In this document: positions 61,264 through 64,000 of the stretch, in pieces
How the letters are laid out: every line of letters starts with the position of its first letter
Position numbering within the stretch: position 1 is the first letter of the stretch
Assembly (NCBI GenBank): GCA_050084985.1
Contig: JBITNC010000002.1
Location: 37,386,001-37,450,000, forward strand
Source: Nageia nagi
Taxonomy: Eukaryota; Plantae; Pinophyta
Direction of reading: 5' to 3'
Length of the DNA: 64,000 bases
The notes under the pieces: model-generated
Told to the model about the DNA's origin: nothing
The model's input: the letters and a program-made list of their open reading frames with translations, nothing else
Database searches by the model: none
Position numbers and translations under genes: made by a program

Positions 61264-64000
61264 TCAAACTTCACTACCCCTTGAGGTCAACTTCACCAAC
61301 CCAATAGCATCCTTAAGCTTATAGAACTGAGCTTTTGAGAGGGTCTTGGTGAACAAATCAATGAATTTTAAGGTAGATGGATAATACTCTAGGTGTATGA
61401 TGCTATCAAGAACCTTCTCCTTGATAAAATGGGTATGGATTTTCACATGTTTTATTCTCTAATGAAACACTAGATTCTTAGCTAAAGAAATAGCTGACTG
61501 ATTATATGAAGAGATCAAAGATGAGCCACCTTGCTTATACCCAATTTATTTTAGAAGATGCCTTAGCCAAATGGCTTCCTGGGTTACAATATACATGGCA
61601 TAATATTTGATTTTTATTGTGGAAAGAGAAATAGTAGGTTGCTTATTGCAAGCTTAAAAGATAGCACCTAAACCAATGCTAAACACATACATAAAGGTTG
61701 ACTTCCTATCAGCTCTATCTCCTCCATAGTCAAAATTTGAGAATCCAGAGAGAACAAATGAGGGCAACTTGGAATACTTGAGAGCAAGATCTTTAGTCTA
61801 TATGACATACATCAAGATTTACTCAACATTGAGGTGCTCAACATAAGGTTTCTACATGAATCATGCCATCAAATTTATTGCTAAGGTAATATCTAGCTTG
61901 AATATAGTCAAATACAAAAGACTACCAATTAATTGCTTATAAGTTGTAGAATCAGCTAACTAAGAGTTGGAGCTTATAGAAATAATGATTCTAGGAGAGA
62001 CTAAGATCACAACATATCTACACTCCTCCATTCCAAACTTCTGCAAGATGTCTGATATATACTTAGATTGAATAAGGTAAGTATAATCTTTGTATTGATA
62101 CACTTGCATTCCAAGATAGTAGTGCAAGAGACCAAGATCAGTCATTTCAAATGTTACCTTAATTTTTGATATGCACTCTTGAATGATTCCATCATTATTC
62201 CTAGTAATCAAAAGATCATCCACATAAAGGAGAATCAAGACCATGTCTTTTCCTTAATTGAGCACATATAGATTGGAGTTAGAAAAACACTTGAAGAATC
62301 CAATGTCTACAAAGTACCCTAAAATCTTTCTATATCAGACTTGAGGTGCTTGGTTAAGTCCATATAATGACTTCTTTAGCTTGCACACAAAGGACTCTTT
62401 ACCTTCCACAATAAACCCTTCTGGTTGATTCATGAAGATTTCCACATATAAATCACCATTGAGAAATGCATTTTTGATATCAAGTTGAAATATTTTCTAT
62501 CTTTGAGCTATATAAAGAGCAAGAATAACTCTTATAGTAGGCATCTTTGCCATGGAAGCAAAGGTTTCCTCATAATTTATAATGTATTTCTGAGCAAAAC
62601 CTTTAGCTACTAACCTTGCCTTGTATTTCTCAATATCTCCAACTGAATTGAACTTAACCTTATAGATTCACTTATTGCTAATCACATTCTTATAATTGGG
62701 ATAAGGAACCAAGTCCTAAGTTTTATTTTTTATAAGCACCTTATATTCCACTCTCATGGCTTCCATCCAGCACTCATGCTTAGAAGCTTCTTAAAAGTTT
62801 GAGGGCTCATGGTTGTTGTTAATCTTGGTAATTAAGGATTTTTTCAAGTTCATGCTCCTTGTTACCCTTTGTGTTGGAGAATTTTGTTCCTAAGGTGACT
62901 TATCTACATCAATATCCAACTTTCTAGGAGTAACTAAAGAGTCCTTTAGATCATCAACATCCTTGTTAGAAGTAGATTCTTCAAGAAGCTCATTGAACTT
63001 TACATCCCTTGAAATGAACACTACTTTATAGGTTGTAGAGTAGAGCTTGTATCCTTTGTGCTGATTGTCATAACCCATAAAGATGCATTTTTTAGCTCTT
63101 TTGTCCAACTTATTCTTTTTCTTATAAATAATGTAGGGGAATGCTTCACAACCAGACACCCTAAGGTGTGAAATGTTAGGTTTTCTTCCTAACCATGCCT
63201 CAAAAGGATATTTTCTTTGAATAGATTTAGTGGGACACCTATTCAAGGTGTAAATAGCAATGCTCATAGCTTCACCCCACTTAGGAAGATTACCCAACAT
63301 GCATCTAGCCATGTTCATAATTATTTTATTTTTTCTTTCAGCAACATCGTTCTACTGAGGAGTGTATGGAATTGTAAACCACCTCTTGATTTTATACTTA
63401 GCACACTAGTCATTGAACTCATTACTGTTATATTCTCTCTTATTATTTGATCTCAACATCTTGATTCTAAGGTTAGTTTGATTCTCAATAAAGGCCTTAA
63501 AAATCTTAAAACTTCAAAGGTTTGATCTTTGTGCTCAAGTAGATACCCGAAGGTCATCCTATTAAACTCATCAATGAAGTTCAAGATGTAAGATGCTCCT
63601 CTAAGTGATTTAGTTTGAAATAGACCCATCAAATCTAAATGCATAAGTTTAAGAGGTTGAGATGCTCTTGTTGCCTTATTTTTTTAAAATTTTATCTATG
63701 CATCTTGCCAAGAATGCACTTCTCGCATAGACCAACTGAAGAAGAAATTGAAGGCAAACCTTCCACAAGTTCTTGGTCTTTCATGAATTGAATACTCTTG
63801 TGGTTAAGGTGCCTAAATAATGGTGCCAAATATTGCCTTTAGAACACACACTAGAAGCAAGAGACATCTTTGATGGAACTTAATCCATAATGTAGAGGTT
63901 ATCTTTCATTGATCCTTTAACCAAAGTGGTATGTCCTTTCTTAATGCACCAAGATTGAGAGTCAAACTCAAAAGAGTACCTTTTTCTAGCAACTTGGATC
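61264..64000 (-). pseudogene. pol: Copia pol: GAG-pre-integrase, integrase, RT, RNase H; decayed
   Basis: MHLDLMGLFQTKSLRGASY; [21 protein letters not shown]; LLYVDDLLI..FEMTDLGLLHYYLGMQV; HTHFIKEKV..DLFTKTL. Confidence 0.96.

Larger units (their letters stand above)
59949..64000 (-). mobile_element. Ty1/Copia retrotransposon, 3' part (3' LTR 59949-60455)
   Basis: LTR TGTTAGAG...CCAACA followed by PPT complement CTCCCCCTT; INT-RT-RH order on the minus strand. Confidence 0.95.

Overview
AT-rich, CpG-depleted intergenic DNA from a large land-plant genome (a gymnosperm is plausible but cannot be proven from the sequence). It is almost entirely nested, decayed transposons, and no intact host gene was found. 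In order: (1) a non-autonomous LTR element (310-6421, minus, CAAAA TSD) that splits an F-box/kelch-like pseudogene; (2) a 12.9-kb CACTA/En-Spm element (7526-20440) with divergently oriented TnpD and TnpA-like remnants, telomere-like arrays in its introns, and a full-length L1-type LINE inserted (10675-16259); (3) a chromovirus Gypsy (minus) whose 3' LTR is split by a complete 21.7-kb Ogre/Tat element (24601-46262) and whose RT is interrupted by a second Ogre/Tat (from 49901, plus), which is in turn interrupted by a Copia (from 59949, minus). The most unusual signals are: a cluster of decayed antisense ORFs of an unrecognised, internally paralogous protein family in the long 3' region of the first Ogre/Tat, next to an antisense PMD gene; hairpin arrays in its LTRs; TTAGGG/TTTAGGG arrays of alternating orientation inside the CACTA; and a 43-bp perfect copy of the local Copia RT pasted into the Gypsy integrase 14 kb away. 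All translations and alignments were done by eye.
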